Origin: Malassezia furfur
Taxonomy: Eukaryota
DNA: 64,000 nucleotides
NCBI GenBank assembly: GCA_052055015.1
Contig: JBQJIT010000002.1
Strand: one strand, 5' to 3'
The notes below the pieces were generated by a model. It did not search any database, was not told where the DNA came from, and saw only the letters and a list, made by a program, of their open reading frames with translations. Positions 62,116 to 64,000 of the stretch are shown in pieces (the stretch's first letter is position 1; each line of letters opens with the position of its first letter). Made by a program: the position numbers and the translations under genes.

Positions 62116-63223
62116 ATGTCTTCGAGCGCGGCCAAGGGCTACCAGTTGCCCTGGTACGTAGCGCTGCATGTGTGCCGCTGACCACAGGGTGGAAAAGTAC
62201 CGACCGCGGCGTCTGGAGGATGTCGTGGGCAATGCGCCGACGATCGAGCGGTTGCGTGTGATCGAAGAAAACGGCAACTGCCCGCACCTGCTAGTGTCGG
62301 TGCGTGTCGCAGACTCACGCAGGGCCTGCCCGGTATCGGCAAGACGACGAGTGTACATTGCCTTGCGCGTGCCCTGCTGGGTGATGCATACAAGGAGGCG
62401 GTGTTGGAGCTGAACGCGTCCGACGACCGGTAGGTATCATGGGCTGACGTGCAGCGGCATCGATGTGGTGCGCAACAAGATCAAGGTGTTTGCCCAGAAA
62501 AAAGTGTCGCTGCCCCCCGGGCGGCACAAGATCATCATTTTGGATGAGGCAGACAGGTGGGTGGCACGGCGCTGACGCAGCATGACGCCCGGTGCGCAGC
62601 AGGCGCTGCGCCGAACGATGGAGATTTATGCCAACACGACGCGGTTCTGCTTCGCGTGCAATCAGTCAAACAAGATCATTGAGCCGATCCAGAGTCGCTG
62701 TGCCATTTTGCGGTTTGGGCGTGTCTCGGACGAGGAGTTGCTGCGCCGGCTGGTGGAGATCTGCAAGGCGGAGCACGTCGAGTACGCCGACGAGGGCCTC
62801 GCCGCGATCGTGTTTACGGCCGAGGGCGACATGCGCCAAGCGATCAACAACCTGCAGTCGACGTGGACAGGCCAAGGGTTCGTCAGCGCAGACAACGTGT
62901 TCAAGGTGTGCGACCAGCCGCACCCGATGCTGCTGCACGAGCTGCTGACCGCGTGCCACCGCGGCGAGATCGATGCAGCGCTCGACAAGCTCGATGAGGT
63001 GTGGACGCTTGGGTACTCGGCACTGGATATTGTCACGACCCTGTTCCGCGTGGTGAAGACCATGGACGAGCTGCCGGAGCCGGTCAAGCTCGAGTACATC
63101 CGCGAGATCGGCTGGACGCACATGCGCGTGCTCGAGGGCGTCGGCACGCTGCTGCAGCTGAGCGGCCTGGTGGCGCGCCTCGCGAATCAGGCTATGGACC
63201 CACAGCGTTTCGTGATTGCATAA
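62116..63223 (+). CDS. RFC4: Replication factor C small subunit (yeast Rfc4 / human RFC2); four micro-introns
   Basis: [66 protein letters not shown]-like ACGCGT at 62104-62109. Confidence 0.95.
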
Positions 63224-63272
63224 TGCGTAGCGAGTCCTGCGTTCCATGCACAAAGAGAGCGTGTCTATGTAC

Positions 63273-64000
63273 CTATGCGTCGCCCGCGCGATACGCGCGC
63301 CCGGCCGACAACCCCCGCGTGGTGTCGTCGGCGTAGCCTGTCGCCGACGACGCGCGGCCCAGCCCCGCGCGCAGCTCTGCATTATCCTGGCGCAATTTGA
63401 GATGCTCGTCCTTGAGCCGGCGGAGCATGTTTTCCGTATTTCGCACAAATTGGACCGCGGTCAGATAGTCGTTCTCGAGCTGCGTCGTGCGTTCCTGGTG
63501 CGCGGCGGTGGCCTCTTCGAGGCGCGTCTCGGCCTCGAGCGCGCGTGCGCGCAGCGACTCAAGCTCGGCACGCGATGCGGAGGCCTCGCGTGCGCGCGCG
63601 TCGCGCTGCTGGCGCTCGAGGTCGAGATGCATCTGCTGCAGCTGGTCGCGCGCCAGCTCCAAGTCGCGCGTGGCGCGCTCGGCGATGCCGCGGCACTCGT
63701 CGAGCTCGCGCTGGAGCTGGGCAGTCTGCCGGTCATGCAGGTAGTCGGGGCGCTTGAGCGTCTCCTCGTCGGGGATCTCGACGTGGTTCTCGGCGAGGAG
63801 GCGGCGCAGCGCCAAGTTCTTGACGTGCGCCTCCTCGAGCTCGCGCGCGTGCGCCTCGGTAGAGCTGCGCGAGGTCTGCGACTGGTCGCGCACCTGCGCA
63901 AGCTCGTGGAGCGCCTGTGCGAGCTGCTTGCGCTGCGCGGTAACCTCACCGAACAGTTTGTTGTTGGTGCGCTGCAGCTGGTTGCTGCGCTCGGTCGCCT
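63273..64000 (-). CDS. C-terminal coiled coil of a gene running off the right edge, probably Tea1/Kel1-like kelch polarity protein
   Basis: Heptad-rich; LENDYLTAVQFVRNTENMLRRLKDE resembles the LExDYxxAVxYVKGTEKMxRR block of fungal Tea1/TeaA homologues (from memory). Confidence 0.6.
   Translation of the reverse strand, partial: ATERSNQLQRTNNKLFGEVTAQRKQLAQALHELAQVRDQSQTSRSSTEAHARELEEAHVKNLALRRLLAENHVEIPDEETLKRPDYLHDRQTAQLQRELDECRGIAERATRDLELARDQLQQMHLDLERQQRDARAREASASRAELESLRARALEAETRLEEATAAHQERTTQLENDYLTAVQFVRNTENMLRRLKDEHLKLRQDNAELRAGLGRASSATGYADDTTRGLSAGRAYRAGDA

Noticed and set aside
1..64000. tRNA, rRNA, transposons, CRISPR arrays
   Set aside because: None recognised on either strand; nearly all sequence is accounted for by protein-coding genes. 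tRNAscan-SE and Rfam were not run.

Overview
Gene-dense, GC-rich eukaryotic DNA with about 42 protein-coding genes, intergenic gaps often under 100 bp and very short GT-AG introns (21-40 nt). This fits a compact basidiomycete yeast genome, most likely Malassezia (inferred from gene style and content, not from a search). Most genes are housekeeping: OXR1, a divergent beta-tubulin, DPS1, CAT2, SAT4-like kinase, RPB6, RIM101/PacC, MSH3, UNG1, beta-carbonic anhydrase, ADH, COQ10, RER2, NADP-IDH, RIT1, ESS1, GTR1, PDX3 and RFC4. Two small genes absent from the ORF track were read by hand: RPL41 and QCR10. The strongest novelty candidate is a possible cell-surface polymer system with three parts. 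(1) A 1567-aa NRPS-like enzyme with the epsilon-poly-lysine-synthetase (Pls) layout (A-T-6TM-3 beta-helix domains), but with an acyl-CoA-ligase-type A domain and an extra degenerate A-subdomain. (2) Directly upstream, a membrane-anchored heparinase II/III-like polysaccharide lyase. (3) About 25 kb away, a GPI-type GH105/GH88-like unsaturated uronyl hydrolase fused in frame to a degenerate adenylate-forming domain. The Pls-like promoter shares a 13-mer containing a Rim101 site with the RIM101 promoter. A functional link among these parts is a hypothesis only. No tRNA, rRNA, CRISPR array or transposon was recognised.
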